From positions 5,633-38,200 of the forward strand of contig CAZFZO010000001.1 in NCBI GenBank assembly GCA_964523595.1: a stretch of DNA of 32,568 nt, read 5' to 3'. The notes beneath the pieces were generated by a model. That model searched no databases. It had not been told where the DNA came from and was given only the letters and a program-made list of their open reading frames with translations. Position numbers and translations under genes: made by a program. Shown piece by piece: positions 32,158 to 32,568 of this stretch. This DNA is from an uncultured Candidatus Saccharibacteria bacterium. GTDB taxonomy: Bacteria > Patescibacteriota > Minisyncoccia > UBA6257 > 1-14-0-10-44-23. Each line of letters starts with the position of its first letter. Positions within the stretch are counted from its first letter, which is position 1.

Positions 32158-32568
32158 TTAAAGACCCAACCCCTCCAACTTCTCCGCGATCTCATCAGAA
32201 GAAGCTTCGGTCTTAGCCTTATACTCTTCCCACTTTTTCTCATCCCAGACCTCCAATCGATCATAGAGTCCGGCAACAACTGTTTGCTTTGAAAGACCAG
32301 CATACGAACGTAAATAATCCGGGATCAGAACACGACCCTGACTATCAAGCTCAACATCAACCGCCGCCGCCAACATCAAACGCTGAAACGCACGGTTGTC
32401 AGACTTAGTCATTGGTAACGCGCGAATCTTCCCAGCAAACTCCTGCCAGGCCGATGCGGTATAGATATACAAACAGTGATCAACCCCACGAGTAATCACC
32501 GCCGCACTGTGAAGCGCAGAACGACACTTCACCGGGTTGGACAGTGTGGGTGGGTTCGCTGGTTGGTG
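32158..32568 (-). CDS. mraZ: Transcriptional regulator MraZ, 5'-truncated by the window end
   Basis: VITRGVDHCLYIY...DSQGRVLIPDYLRSYAGL matches the duplicated MraZ/SpoVT-AbrB repeat. The frame stays open from the track's GTG (32532) to 32568 (HQPANPPTLSNP...). The first DxxGR repeat is missing, so the true start lies outside the window. Confidence 0.85.
   Translation of the reverse strand, partial: HQPANPPTLSNPVKCRSALHSAAVITRGVDHCLYIYTASAWQEFAGKIRALPMTKSDNRAFQRLMLAAAVDVELDSQGRVLIPDYLRSYAGLSKQTVVAGLYDRLEVWDEKKWEEYKAKTEASSDEIAEKLEGLGL

Noticed and set aside
1-32568. CRISPR arrays, IS elements, reverse transcriptase/DGR or retron modules, toxin-antitoxin pairs, rRNA genes.
   Set aside because: Scanning the intergenic regions and ORF translations showed no regularly spaced direct repeats, no DDE or serine/tyrosine recombinase-like or RT (YxDD) motifs, and no small adjacent gene pairs of TA type. 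None is reported.

Overview
This is a compact bacterial chromosome segment, mostly on the minus strand. Housekeeping blocks are mraZ-rsmH-ftsL-ftsI-murF, grpE-dnaK-(membrane gene)-dnaJ, secDF, cysS-dnaB-recR, rplU and a HIT-family gene. Several features suggest a Patescibacteria/CPR-type genome, which is an inference and not a database result: a sigma-region-4 + HARE-HTH protein, a CxxC-x17-CxxC ribbon, membrane-anchored surface proteins with YQG(R/K)L and DAANKAYVD-like motifs, and very short intergenic spacers. Four stretches look accessory or unusual. (1) A 7-gene minus-strand operon (1-8370) encodes two membrane proteins, two tandem paralogous soluble TraD/TrwB/VirD4-like P-loop ATPases and surface proteins, with no other type IV secretion parts in view. 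(2) Two patches of clearly higher G+C flank secDF. One (about 9560-10040) holds a small coiled-coil membrane protein. The other (about 12330-15135) holds an HD-like protein, a Fis-type HTH protein, tRNA-Lys and an unknown 246-aa protein. (3) A low-G+C HNH-like gene sits between recR and rplU. (4) A 710-bp non-coding stretch (27087-27797) contains tRNA-Glu(CTC). A 29-bp perfect duplicate of that tRNA's 3' end lies 391 bp away. The 362-bp G+C-rich insert between the copies is highly self-complementary and carries an inverted 21-nt copy of the tRNA-Glu anticodon arm. I saw no CRISPR array, transposase, integrase or reverse transcriptase. All calls come from reading the sequence and the ORF translations. 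No searches were run.
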